Shown here piece after piece: positions 49,329 to 61,319 of a stretch of DNA of 64,000 bases. The notes under the pieces are model-generated. The model was not told the origin of the DNA and ran no database searches. It saw nothing but the letters and a program-made list of their open reading frames with translations. Made by a program: the position numbers and the translations under genes. This stretch comes from Raillietiella orientalis (taxonomy: Eukaryota), in contig JAYWIR010000022.1 of the NCBI GenBank assembly GCA_036172245.1, forward strand, positions 2,604,001 to 2,668,000, read 5' to 3'. The first letter of the stretch is position 1, and every line of letters begins with the position of its first letter.

Positions 49329-50515
49329 ATGAACTTGGAAAAAAAACTTGTCTCCTCAATAATCAAGTTTTTGAATAATCAAATTGGATCAGGAAAGTGT
49401 ACTTCAGATCAAGTAGAAAGCTTAGAAGTTGCTGTGCAATGTTTGGAAGCAGGATTTGAAATTGATCCTTCAGATGGGAGTTTAGAAGTTCCTGCTGATT
49501 TATTGAGCATTTTTAAAGAATTTCTGAATAAGGGTACACAGGTGGGTATAAATATTTTTTTCCTTAGTGCTTAAAGGCGTTAAGTGTATTAATATTCAGG
49601 AATATGCACAAGAATATTTAATTTGAGATGTTATATATACTGAAGCTTTCTGATTTCACAACAAGTGGTTTCAGGCAGCAGAATGCATCCATAATCCACA
49701 AGCTGCAGAGCAGTATAAGCATGCAGCCAATGAGCTCATGAAACAAGAAAAATTCAAGGAAGCTGTTGAACTATATAGCAAGTGAGTTGATTGGAACACT
49801 GCTCCTCTGATTTTCTGTAGAGCTATAGATATGGATGGAACAAATAGTGTTTATTACTGCAACCGTGCTGCTGCTCATAGCAAATTGGGGAATCATTTGG
49901 CCGCTGTCCAGGATTGCAAGACTTCTTTGAATTTAAATCCTGATTACAGCAAAGCTTATGGTCGTTTGGGGTAGATGAGCAGCTGTTTGGCAGTTAAGAT
50001 CGGGAGAATCTATGTTATAACCATAGGTTGGCATACACCAATATGAATCAGTTGCCAGAAGCAATAGCAGCTTTGAAGAAGGCTTTGGAACTGGAACCAG
50101 ACAATGTGGCATACCAAACAAATCTCAAAGTAGCTGAGGAGAAGCTGAAAGACAATGCTGGTGGTAGCAATCGAGCTTCAGGAATTGACTTGAGTTCTTT
50201 ATTGACCAATCCTGCACTCCTAAACATGGCAACCCAAGTAATTCAGGATCCAGGGATGCAGCAGATTATGTCGGGCATCATGTCTGGAAACATGGCGCAA
50301 TCTCCAGGGAGCATGAATGCTCTGCTTGAAGCGTGAGTCAATGCATGTATGTGTGTGTTCTAGTTTTATTCTGTGCACCTCAAAGGGGACAGCGACTTGC
50401 TTCCTATATGCAAAATAGTAATCCTGATCTTGTGGACCAACTCCGCCGTCAGATGCAGGGATCAAATCAAAATAATAACAGCACCAACCCAGAACCCCAG
50501 GATCCTAGTTCTTAA
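49329..50515 (+). CDS. SGTA: Small glutamine-rich TPR co-chaperone (SGTA/sgt-1); exons 49329-49541, 49675-49781, 49821-49970, 50027-50332, 50386-50515
   Basis: The spliced product has the SGTA dimerisation motif (QVESLEVAVQCLE), three TPRs (AEQYKHAANELMK, YYCNRAAAHSKLG, PDYSKAYGRLGLAY) and a C-terminal STI1/Q-rich part (NPALLNMA...LLEAGQRLA...NPDLVDQLR). All four introns are GT-AG (133, 39, 56, 53 nt) and preserve frame. AATAAA lies at 50552. Confidence 0.95.
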
Positions 50516-50789
50516 CGTGTTTGGTTACATTCCTCGTTATTTTTGGCTGATAATAAAAAAAGTCGTACGAACATCGGTTATAGTGGGAGAAGTGAAACAA
50601 ATAGTGGGAGAAGTCAGAAGAGATGAATGACTTGCATCTGAAGAGTTAAACAGTGGGATGAGCCATACGACATTTGTCTTGGGAAGATATGGAGTCACTT
50701 TATGGTGGTTTAAAGTTTATTTCCGCATTTTCTTTGATTCCTTGGAATTGAGCTATTGATGTGTTGAAATAGACAGACAGAAGAAATCT

Positions 50790-53154
50790 TTAGTATTTCC
50801 ATTTTTGTAAGGAGTCTGATCCCCATTTGTTCCATTCTTCTGAAGTAATTCTGAGTGCCTTGAAATCAGAAGATGTAGCCAGGAGGCATGATCCCAAGTA
50901 TGATGCATGGTGGCGGTAGGGAGATGAGTGCACCTATTCAATTGGGAATACACTCATATATCAGCTTCAGCTGACCTTTGGTTGCATAGATGGAGGAGTG
51001 AGCTTGCTAATCTCAGTTGCTAATCTTTCACTGAATCCAGGAAGCATTGTTACACCGCCTGAAAGAAATATGCTTTTGGCCATTAATTTTCTGATATCCA
51101 AACTACATTCCTATAAAAACAAAAATCTGTAGAAATTGCGCAGTTTGTTGTAGTTTACCATTAATGCCTTATGCACCACCTTGTGTAGACCAGGATTGTC
51201 TAATCCCCACATATCGGGCTGGAATAAGCCTTCCGTGCACCGAAATCTCGCCACATCCAAGCATATTTGTGTGTATGGTAGCCTGTCTGGCGTTTCACAA
51301 AATTGCTCGATCTTAACCCACTTCTGAAAGGTTTCAGGATGGTTCTGATGTTGACGCAATTCCTTTTTGTACGATTGAGCACAGTAACAGTGCGTTTCCA
51401 GAATGTAACGGATCAGATAAGATTCCACATCCGTATCGAATGCGCTGTCTTCATTCAGCAGATACTGTCGCAAATAGTCAACCATGGACCCTCCACCATG
51501 TGGAATGCTGAAAACTCCGCTTTCGATAACATAACCTGGAACAAGTACAGATTCCTTAAAGGTTGCAATTGCTGCCGTACCATCCGTGACCGGGACCACA
51601 TCAATCCGCTCTCCAATGTCCACCACGATGCCGGTCCTCGAGTTGTAAGAGTATAAAGAAAGAATCGTTTGAGGTGTCACGTTCAGCCCTTTCATGCCAA
51701 ACTGATCGAATACAAGGGCTGCCAGCTCCGACTGCATGCGCATATTGGATATACTGATCTGCAGATAATAATTTTGGGGATTGATTTCAAGGCCGTTAAA
51801 AACATGCTTCAGTATCTCGGCAATTTCCTTGATGTTTACTTGATGCTAAAATAACTGGTGAACTGAAGAAGCGTTTTCTAAACGAACGCACCTTGTTTAT
51901 TCTGACATTTGATCTCAGAGGATAGATAAGTGTGGAACGGTTTCTTACTGAAGAGCGCAGTGCATCGCACCCAACTATCGCACGTCCGGTCGGGTCATAG
52001 GCGACCACGGTCGGAAAAAATAGTTTCGGTAGAACAGCTTCGGTAGTACAGCGTGTTATTTGTGACCCAGTGAATCCAAGCTTACGTTGCGAACTCACTA
52101 TTCCGGCTCTGACAGAACAACTTCCCAAGTCCACTGCTATAATGTTAGTGAATAAGCTGGGATTTGTACAGCTAGCCAAAGGTTGTACATATAGCGTATC
52201 AAAGGCTTCGACTGTGTGTGAAAGCAATGCTTCTTTCCAGCGCTGAAATTCCTGCTTGCTGCCACATCGGACGACCAAATAGTGACCTTTCTGCACGAAA
52301 AAACTTTGATTAGCGTCTTTTGTTCCGCCACGACGTGTACTTACGTTATCATCAATCCCAATCGTATACATTTCTCCTACTTCCTAGGTTTTATTCCCCA
52401 AACAGATGTACATTTATTTCAGAAGGAAAAAAAGCGCAATGGTTACCTTTCCGTCTACAGAAGGCGATGGTTCCATGGTTTCAATGTTTCCACCCATTAG
52501 CTGCAGAAGTAAAGTTGGCTTCTCTGACTGATTATTCTGAAATCATGCATTTTTTTTGTTGTTGTTGTTGTAACGATACCAATCGTAAGTAGACCTGATA
52601 ACAATAAAGATATCCATTTTCGACTCTGAAATACCGGCGTTTCCACGCATTCCAGAACGTTGCCTTGCGGCGTCCGTGAGGCAAGTTGTCGAGGTAACCT
52701 TCGATGTTGATGAAATCCGGCGCATTACCAGGAGGAACTTCTGGTATTTGGATACGATAGAGTGACTGGAGTAATAGATGCTGGAGTACTCGCATCATGA
52801 ACGTCATGAAACTGAGGCAGGGATCGACCTAACTGGACTCCAGTTCAGTGTGGTGACGCGTGCTCTCCCAATGCTTCCATTCTCCTCGGAATCGGAGGAC
52901 TCTCTCATTTTCATCGTTTCCCAGGACTGAGATTCGTTCATTCCGGCCTCGTGGTTCGGTGAGGTCTTCCGGTGGCTGTGATCATGGAGATCTCCGCTTT
53001 CAAACTCTGTGCCCTTGGTCGGAGTAGTTTTCAGGTTGCGATTACCGGAAGCGTCGATCATGCTACTTTCGAAATGGTTCCTTAGTGCTTTGACTGAAGG
53101 CAGGAGGTTTTTCTCCCTGCATTTTTCTTCTTGCGAGTTCTTCATGTCTGCCAC
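50790..53154 (-). CDS. PH-domain + actin-like fusion protein, 5'-incomplete; exons 53154-52834, 52780-52595, 52536-52447, 52383-52345, 52290-52086, 52037-51892, 51845-51581, 51535-51159, 51110-50976, 50933-50790
   Basis: PH domain: IEGYLDNLP..WKRRYFRVENGYLYCY...EFQRWKEAL. Actin motifs: IIAVDLGSCSVRAG, LFFPTVV, QTILSLYSY.RTGIVVDIG, RFRCTEGLFQP, IFLSGGVTMLPGFSERL, ASYLGS, ITSEEW. Nine GT-AG introns (42-63 nt) all preserve frame. TAA ends at 50790 and a minus-strand AATAAA lies at ~50716-50721. The first visible exon starts at an acceptor (gtgtag|GTG). Confidence 0.9.
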
Positions 53155-53649
53155 CTACACACAGTCGTTCAGGTACTCAGAATTCTATTCGGGACTTTCA
53201 ATTCTTAGAAAATAGCGAGCAAAAACCATCGGAACCGTATTAGCGAAAGAGGTTACAGAGAGAAGCATTCGGAACACCAACGCGACTGAGTTTGTTCCAT
53301 TGGACAAGTGACGATGATGCTTATTCCATCAGTGAAACAGTGCCTTCCAATGAAGCAGACTTGCTAAAAGTACAGTGCATTCAAAGCATTAGCCCCCGCA
53401 ACGTCCAATATCAGCATAACCGGCCTATGGAACCGACAAGTCCTCTTTTATTTTCATTCTCGGTCATTTTTTTTTTTTGGCAATCGTTTAAACGTGAATG
53501 CAAATTCACTCGAATTTTTATGGAGCTCATTTTAGCAGCATTACTTTCATGCATTGAGTTTGCACGCTGTCCCCACCGACTCGTCCCTACTATGAAGACC
53601 GGCCGACCTCGGTTCCATGGGAAGCCAGGTCGGGAGTGCGGTCACCTTG

Positions 53650-55400
53650 TCGGGATTTCGTTCCCGGAAGACATACGACAGCGGGTTTGAGAATTTCTTT
53701 CCTACCTACGACAGACCCAAACTTAAAAAACGTACTGGAGGTTGCCTTCATTCCGAGATTCGGAATTCACAAAAGGCAAACGAAGCTGCTGCAAGCGCGA
53801 AGACGTTCGTACACGGAGGACGCTGACCGATTCCGAGCGCACTCTTCGCAGTCTGGTCAGTCGCCCAGAGTAGGCGAAAGAGAAAGCTCCGAACCTGCAG
53901 GGACCACGAAGCGGTTCCTGCGGAGATTCCGTCGAAGGTCCGGCAGGACAGAGGCCAGACGCGCGTCACGTCACTTGCAGCGGCCCCAGGAAGGCGCGGG
54001 TTCCTGTGAGGAATCAATACCCGGGGTGAAGAGAAGGATGCAAAAGGAAAGGGCGGGGGAAGACTTCGAAGGAGAATCATGGAGAGAGGCGATTCCTACC
54101 CGGACTTCGAGCTGCCGCGCCCTCGTGTCCTGGAAACCGTCCCCTCCCCCGACTGTCTCCCGAATTCCCGACTTTTCTTCCCGCGCGACACTTCCGCCTT
54201 GGAGCTCCACGCGCTTGCGCGTGCCTCAGCGCCTTGAGGAAGTCCGGAGTGGAGGAACACCTGCCAACCTCCTGCGACTTCCCTGTCCGAGGTCGTTTCC
54301 CCACGTTCCTTTCGGGCCAGGCTGCAGCAACCAGCTGGAGCGATTCAGCTATCCCCTCAGAGTCAGTCTTTCCCTCTTCCCGCCTAACAGGGGCTCCCAC
54401 TCCGCTGATATGCTGCTGGAGGCCAGCAGGAGTCCTCCTTTCCTGTTTCCCCTATCAGTGACCTCCAAGGTTGCTGCCGGATACTCCGGACGGAGCGACT
54501 CCCGCAGTTCCAGGGAGCACGCGCGGGAAGACATCCTCTTTCCGGGAGCTTCCTAGGGTTTCCGGGAGACCGCTTGCGCACGCACCGGTGCGACAAGATG
54601 GGAGACCCATCTCGCCCCTCCCTTCCACCCTAGCCACCTCCAAACCGCCCTTCCCTAGGAGACCCAGCCTGAGACGAACTCCCTCCTTTCCCCTGCTGTC
54701 CGCGGCACCCATTCCAGGTGGGAGCGTTCGCGCGACCGAGAGGCACGGGAAGAGTCCACCACATACCTTTGCCTCGCTGCCCGGGGAGCGTCTCTGCCTG
54801 AGAGTCTCGCTGTACACGTCGACCGAGCGGTCCTGCTGGGGGTCCTCGCCTTCCGGGCCGGAGACGGCGCTCGGCGGCGCCGGCACGGTGCCTAAGGGAA
54901 ACGAGAGGGAAAAGAAGGAGGCGGAAACATCCGGCCACCTGCGGCGGAAGCGACGCGTCACCACCACCACCGCCTCGTCATGACCCTCCCCTTTCAACCC
55001 TCCGCGACGCAGACCGGGACGCGGGGGAATGACCCGACGTTTCGACGGGACTGCTGCACCCGGGACGCGTGCCTCTGCCAGAGGGAGATGTGGAGCAGCA
55101 AACCCGGCACCTCGGACGAAGTACTGAGCGCGGTGCCCCGGCTTGATCACCCCACCCGTTCCCAGCCCCCTCGTCCTCTGCTGGCACAGCGCTGACCTAA
55201 CCTCCCCCACTGGGGCTTCCTTCGCAACAGGGGAAGAGGGGAGGAGATCTTCTCCCCGTTTCGTGGCCACCCTAGGCGCGGGAGCTCACACTTCCTCCTT
55301 GGACCTGTAAGGAGTTCTTTCGCTCCGCGTTTACTCCTCCGCTGCCCTTTTCCTCCTCCCCTTCTTCCTCCCTCTCCTTGCTGCGAAGGAAGAGGGCGGG
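53650..55400 (-). mobile_element. Degenerate L1/Tx1-like ORF2 C-terminal half
   Basis: KGGLEV (GGLG, ~54645) and zinc-finger remnant LCPAGPSTESPQEPLRGPC (~53950-53895). Confidence 0.45.
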
Positions 55401-57349
55401 GCCAAGGCAATCGCGAGAGATACGTGGGAGATTTCAGAGATAAGGCCGCCTACCGAGACAGCCGTGCTGCCTGCACGCTCCCAAGGACTCGTCTCCTTGG
55501 CGACCAACCTGAACTGTCCTGCAAGCACGGCGAGGCATCCCTCCGCCCACTGACCTCGTCTCGCACTCTCTCCCCTCTCGTTCCACGGTGTTCCGCTCCG
55601 AGCTGCCGCTGGGCCCTGACACCGGACGTGGTCAAAGAGGTCTCACCTCGGGATCGAACGGACTGGCAGCCAACAGGTGGTGAAGATGGCGGCGGTCCCT
55701 GCTGCTGCTGCTGATGGTGAAATGCAGCCATCGCTGTCGTTGCCAGAGTGCCATCGTCTCTCCCCCCTCCCTTCCCGACCCCTGTTCCCATGCTCTAGGG
55801 AGCCGGAGAGGCAGCGGCAGCGGCGACGACCGGGAGAGACTCGGGGAGGTCGTGATACCACTGGGGGTGCAGGGGAGAGATCAGGGTCAGCGCCATTCTC
55901 ATCCCCCCCATACCTCTTCCCTCACTGTTCCGTGAGGAGAAAGAGCCGGCGCACATTTGCGGCGTCGAGACGGACCGGGTGATGGGGGAGACACCCTGTA
56001 GGGAGGGGGAGGAGAGGGGGCTAGAAGGAAAGCCTCTGTGTGCCAAAGATGCCAGCGGCAGGAACGCCCCTCCTCCCCTACCCTTCGCGACGCCCAAACG
56101 AAGGAGAGAGCAAACGTGCGGCCTACCGTCGCCGTCGTCGTCCTGAGGATTCCATAGCAATCCGTTGAGGAGCTTGCCGTGCAGGTGCCCAAGGGCCTTG
56201 GAGATCACGATCATGGCAACGATGGGGTGGGGATGGGAGGTGATAGACAGGAGGATGCCGCTGCTCGCAGTCGCCCGCTCCTCCTCCTTCTCTTCTCCCT
56301 GTCCGTCGACCCGAGGGGGACTCGCGAGAAGAAAGGACGAACGCGCCTCGCCACCTGCGCGGGAGCCTCTCGGGGGCGGCCGCCAGCCGTGGGAGGCTCG
56401 AGAGAGGCGATGCTTCTCGGTCTTTTAGCTAAGATCAAAGTGGGGAGAGACAGGAAAGGAGGGAGGAGGAGGAGAAGGGGCTTATCTTCGTGCGTGCGAG
56501 ATAAGGATCCTCCTCCTCCTCTTCCATCGCCGTCTCCTGCCTCTCCTCTGCTTCTCCCTCCGTTCATCTCCATGCGGCTACGTGGTGGTGCCCCGGAAGA
56601 GAGAGGACGTGCCATACGCTCAGGAACCGAGGACAGATGCAACTGGATGTGATGGGGGAAAGGAGGAGGGAGGCGTCCCGGTAAGGACAGCACCATCTGC
56701 CACCGCCGCCGTAGCAGCAGCAGCTGCGTGCGCACGGCCCTGTGTCCTCCCCTCAGAGCCGGTACAGGCGCAGGACGAGGACATGCAGTCGCGGCAGAGT
56801 AGGCGCGCCGGCCTCCCCTTCTCTCCTTCCATCTCCCCCCGGCACGTGCGCTTGAGGAGGGAGGTGGGGGAGAGAAGAAGCCGACCGAGACGCTGCCATC
56901 ACCCACGCAGAAGAGGATGCGCTCGCGAGCGGGCCCGTCTCGAGAAGCGAAGGCGCTGGAGGCACGCTGCTGCCTCCCGGTCCCCGCCTCCCGTCGCGCC
57001 GCTACGGAAACGGCCGGACGATTCCCGCCGACCACCCGAGTAGGAGGGGGGGGGAGGGAGGAACAGTGGAGAAAGAAAGGAGCGAGCAACTCCTGAGATG
57101 ACGCGTATGCCGGCTGATCGACGGAGGCAGTCGGAAAGCTGAAGAGGAGGGAAGAAGGGGGGCTGCACCCCAGCGAGCGCCGCGAAGCGTGTCCGTGTCT
57201 CGGAGCAGAAGTGCCGCCCCTTCCTTCCCCAGAAGACTCCCACACGCCGCACCACGGTGGTGGCAGTGAGTCCCCTTGGTCGGACACTCCCCCCGCGGCC
57301 GCCGCCTCTGAACGGCGCGACCGTCGAAGGTTGCCATGGCGAGCTGCGC

Positions 57350-58450
57350 CCGTCCCCGACAGATTGCATCACTCGACGCGGCATACGTGCTGCGCATTCC
57401 TCTCGCTGCGCCGCGCGCTCGAGCACGGGAATGCGTGCTTGCCGTGTTGCGTGCCCTTCACCGACGTGCGTGCCTGCTGTGTGCGGGAGCGTGTGAGCTC
57501 TGGATGTTCTTGCGTGCATGGGCACGTGTATGCACAAGCTTCGTGTCGGCAAGGGTTCGCTCTGGGAGTGTGTGTATGCGTACATACATTGTGTGCACGA
57601 GCGCGCAGGTCGAATCACGCTCAAGTGTGTCTGTGCGTATGAGGTTGCTTGCATACGCGTGTTGTGCGCGCGCTGGGTGTGAATACTCGTATTTGAGGCG
57701 TTCCTGGGCCAGCTTAAAGCTTATCCTCGGAAGAAAAACAACACTTCCAAAGTTTCCAAGCATCCATCGAACGAAGGAATGTGAAAAAGAAATTTTTTCC
57801 TTTTGGATCTCCGGGGAGTGCTCAGTTGACCCGGTTCCACGTGGTCTTCCCGCATCAACCGCACGCACTCGGTGCCTATGCCTGCAAGCGCACGATTCTG
57901 GTGCCAGACCACGCAGAAAGAGATGGCGACAGAGGGGCCTTAGATACCATAAGGAAGGTCAGAAAGGTCCCCAGTAGCGGCCAGGTGTGAACCTAGCGAG
58001 TGATGCCAGCCCCGCATCTCCCTACTGCAGAGTGGGGCCAGAGACACTTTGCGCGAGTGATCAGACACTGAGGCGCCTCGGAGTCTATTTCACCGCGTGT
58101 GTATCCCAAAGGAATGCCGAAAGTCGGTGAAGAGAAGCATTGGGAGATCCACGAAGCAAAGCAAAGAGAGGGACGCCGACAAAAGCAGGGAGTATTCCGC
58201 CCCGGCCGAGATGCAGCTGGCAGGAAAACGATTTGGCTCGCGGATGCACCCTCGAGCCCTCGTGAAGCAAAGCGAGGGGCCTATCATATGGTCTGGAAAG
58301 ACGCGATCGAGGTGACCAAGATGTGGGTCGTTTCGATATCAGCAGCATGACGAGACGCTGCAGCTCTGAGGAGCTGCCAAGCCAGCGGAATTTCTACTGG
58401 CACGTGGAGACTCCGGCACGGATCTCTTCCAGTGCGCTTGAGAACAGGCA
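57350..58450 (+). mobile_element. Degenerate Ty3/Gypsy RNase H and integrase zinc-binding region
   Basis: QASCRQGFALGV (DASxxGxGAVL), RLLAYA...EYSYLRR...LKLILGRK, and an HHCC-type remnant at 58240-58385. Confidence 0.5.
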
Positions 58451-59199
58451 ACTTCTTTCGCCACTGTTGCTTTCTATCCTGGCTTCTGAAGAACTTCAGA
58501 GAGGAAGGTCAATTAGGTTGTCACCATCCGCTTTTCGCGAAATACAGAAAGGGATTGGCAGCAATCGAGAGGAGTGCCAGCGCTCCGAGGCTTTGTGGCG
58601 CGTGACCTTTTTCCTTGAATCACCTCCAGCACTAACCCACAAAAGCAGCAGGGCCAACCTGACCTGGCAAGTGCCTTGGTTCTCTCCCCACGAATCCCAA
58701 CCGCGTGCCAAGCCGAAGCACACGAAAGGCAAACTGGAAGTGGATTGCCGTGGTCATTTGCTGGCTATTCCCTCTCGGATACAAAACGAAAAGAAGTAAA
58801 AAATAAAAAAAGTGGCCTGAAATTTGTGGCTGCTGACACAGTGACTTGAATGGAACACAGGTCGAACGCACACGCACACATAGGTGCACCGACGTGCACA
58901 AGGGAGGTAACAGACACGAAGTGAGACGCGACACCTTGCTTCGGTCACTCTGGCAAAGTGAGGAGTCCGCCGAAGGGAGGAAAAAATTTTGGATTTCTAA
59001 AATCCGACGTTGAAAGTAAGAAGCAGAGCCTACGGCAAATAGGCGGAGAAAAACAAAAGCGAAAGAAGGAAAAAAAAAATACTAGCTCTGTATCTGCTTC
59101 AACTACAATCTGAGGGAGGTACGGGCCATTTACCCTCTTCGTTTGGAGCAGGGCACGTGGCAAGCAAGCCGCAAACCGTCCGCGTGCGAAGACTCGGCA

Positions 59200-60260
59200 A
59201 GCGTTGAAGAGAAGGTGCCCCTATGTCTGGGTAAGTGAGCGGGATGATCGTCGGCAGAGGACAGCTCCCGAAGAATGAGACCCAGAAGACGAGAACCGCT
59301 TTCTCGCGCGATTTCCCAAAGCAGGAAGCACGGGCAAAGGAAAAGGCGGAGCTCTTGCGCGCTCTTCAGGATAGCAGCAGCCACAGTCGAGCCCAGGAGC
59401 ATCGAGGAATGCTGTGGTCGGGCAATTGCTGCCCAGGAGTGCATTTCTTGCAAATCGAAGGCGTTTTCATGGAACAAGAGAAAACACTCGTTCTCTCTAC
59501 GGGAAGGATCAAGTTGGTTTCCTCAGTAGCATCCGTTGATCGTTCTTAAGCAGGCGGCAAGGAAGAAATCTTTATCGAAAGAGAACGAGGGCACAGCAAC
59601 GGACTTAGGAACGGCAAAAAACCGAAGGATCGAAGGGCCGTCGCTTTCGTCCGTAGCGGAAGAGATCTTGCAAGCTAGGCCAGCACCAGTCCGTTGCCAA
59701 CACTCCAGCGTGGGCCTCATCCCCACCGAGCCGGAGACGGGCCGGAGACGACGGCAGTGCTCCAGGATTGCACGTGGAGCAACCACGGGGGAGGAGTTTG
59801 CGTGCAGCTGACTTCGACAGCCGCGCTCCCGCAGACGGCACTTAGCGGGGACAACTGCAGAATTGCGAGGTGCCCAGATCACGAAGGGACCCGCAACATG
59901 GCAAGCGTATGTAGGGAGGAAAGAAAGGGAGGTTCTTCTCTGATGTTTTCGGTCGCTGGAAGAAACTCCCGCTGCCTGTTTTCTCCGGTCCCCTTTCGAT
60001 CGGCTCCTATTCCCCGATGGGGATGGAACTTTGGGAAAGTTTCCTCCAGCGATGGGGCAACACGCTCGTCATCCGAGAGAAATTCCCCTCCACCGCACAT
60101 GCGTGGCGCGTTCACTCGCGCGCCTGAAGTGATTGCGGCGGCCGCCACGGCCGTTCGACTTGGTTTTGGGGGGGACGCCGTGCGTGCGTTGCTGATGGCA
60201 CCGAGGCTGCTCGTGGAGGAGGGGGAGATCCGCTCCAGTTGACCTTAACGGACAGGGTGA
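59200..60260 (+). mobile_element. Degenerate L1/Tx1-like linker and start of RT
   Basis: SRAQ...GVHFLQIE (RSR..GE...FF), EEILQ, and LLVEEGE at the LxxKxG position. Confidence 0.4.
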
Positions 60261-61319
60261 AATTCAATTTCACTCTATTAACTCGGCTATCATCCCATCA
60301 TACGCCATTTTTTTTTGCTTTCTTTATTTCGGGAAACATTGGAGGCGTTTGTGTGGGATGTCCTTCTTTACCCGCTCGGATCTCTGTTTAATTTTTTTTT
60401 TCTCTTAAACGGATCTCTTTAGGGACGCAGGCTGCGATCTGCGCTTTCGAAACACCACGGTCCCTCTTGGGATCTTCACGTGGATAGGAACATAGGTACG
60501 AGATAATCCTCCGAGAGGGGGTCACTGCGGAGGCCCGGGAAACACATAGCTGTGTAACGGACCCTTTCCGATACCAGCCATCTGCCGAAGGTCGTTCGTG
60601 CGGAAACGCTGGGAACTGCGGTTGGAGCCTGTCTTGTCCGAGACCACGTTGCCGCGGCTGCCCTGTCCCTCCCACGGCGCAGCCTCGACACGCGCCTCCC
60701 AGGCCACATATCGAATGTGACGGTCCCGTTTGTCTTTTACTTCCCACTCGGAAAATGCTCCCACGGGAACAAACGGCAGTCCCGCGTGCCGCTCGTCTCC
60801 TAGGCAACGCCCCACGGCTGCATCCAGCGTTGCAAAACCGAAACGGAACCCGAGGCCAGAATAGCAGCGGCCGCGTGCGAATAGACGCAGAAGGAAGACC
60901 GTACGAGGTCTCACGTTTCCTTGCCCCCCAGCTCTTGCGCCGAGTGCATTTCGGCATGCGCCTGGGAGGGAGCGCTGAATCTCCGAAAACTTCATAAGGT
61001 GATGCTGCCTCTCTCCCCGGAGAGCACCCGTAGGACTGAGCGTGGGGATCAGCCACGTTGAGGGGCAGGGATGACTCTGCTTCTGGCCCCTCTCCCTCCT
61101 CCTGCTGCCGGTCCCTTCCAGAGGCAAAACAAATTCTCCAGGAGAAACTCGGGCAGGCCCGCTTCAAAAGCCATCCCGACCAATGCGAAGATCCGAATGC
61201 TCCGAGTGGGGCGGCAGAGAAAGGGAAGAGGAGAAAGCGGAGAGTGAAACGAAGAGTCCTCTCTCGCAGGGTGCCGGCATTCCGGCCACTCGCTCTGGCG
61301 TGACATCGGTAAGGGGGTG

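Noticed and set aside
50516..50789. Overlapping antisense 3' UTRs of SGTA and the PH-actin gene
   Set aside because: Each gene has its own AATAAA close to its stop (50552 on +, ~50716-50721 on -), so overlap is not required.
60300..61300. Long minus-strand ORF 60388-61644 as a gene or a defined element
   Set aside because: No convincing motifs. It is probably more decayed retroelement sequence, but I cannot assign it.
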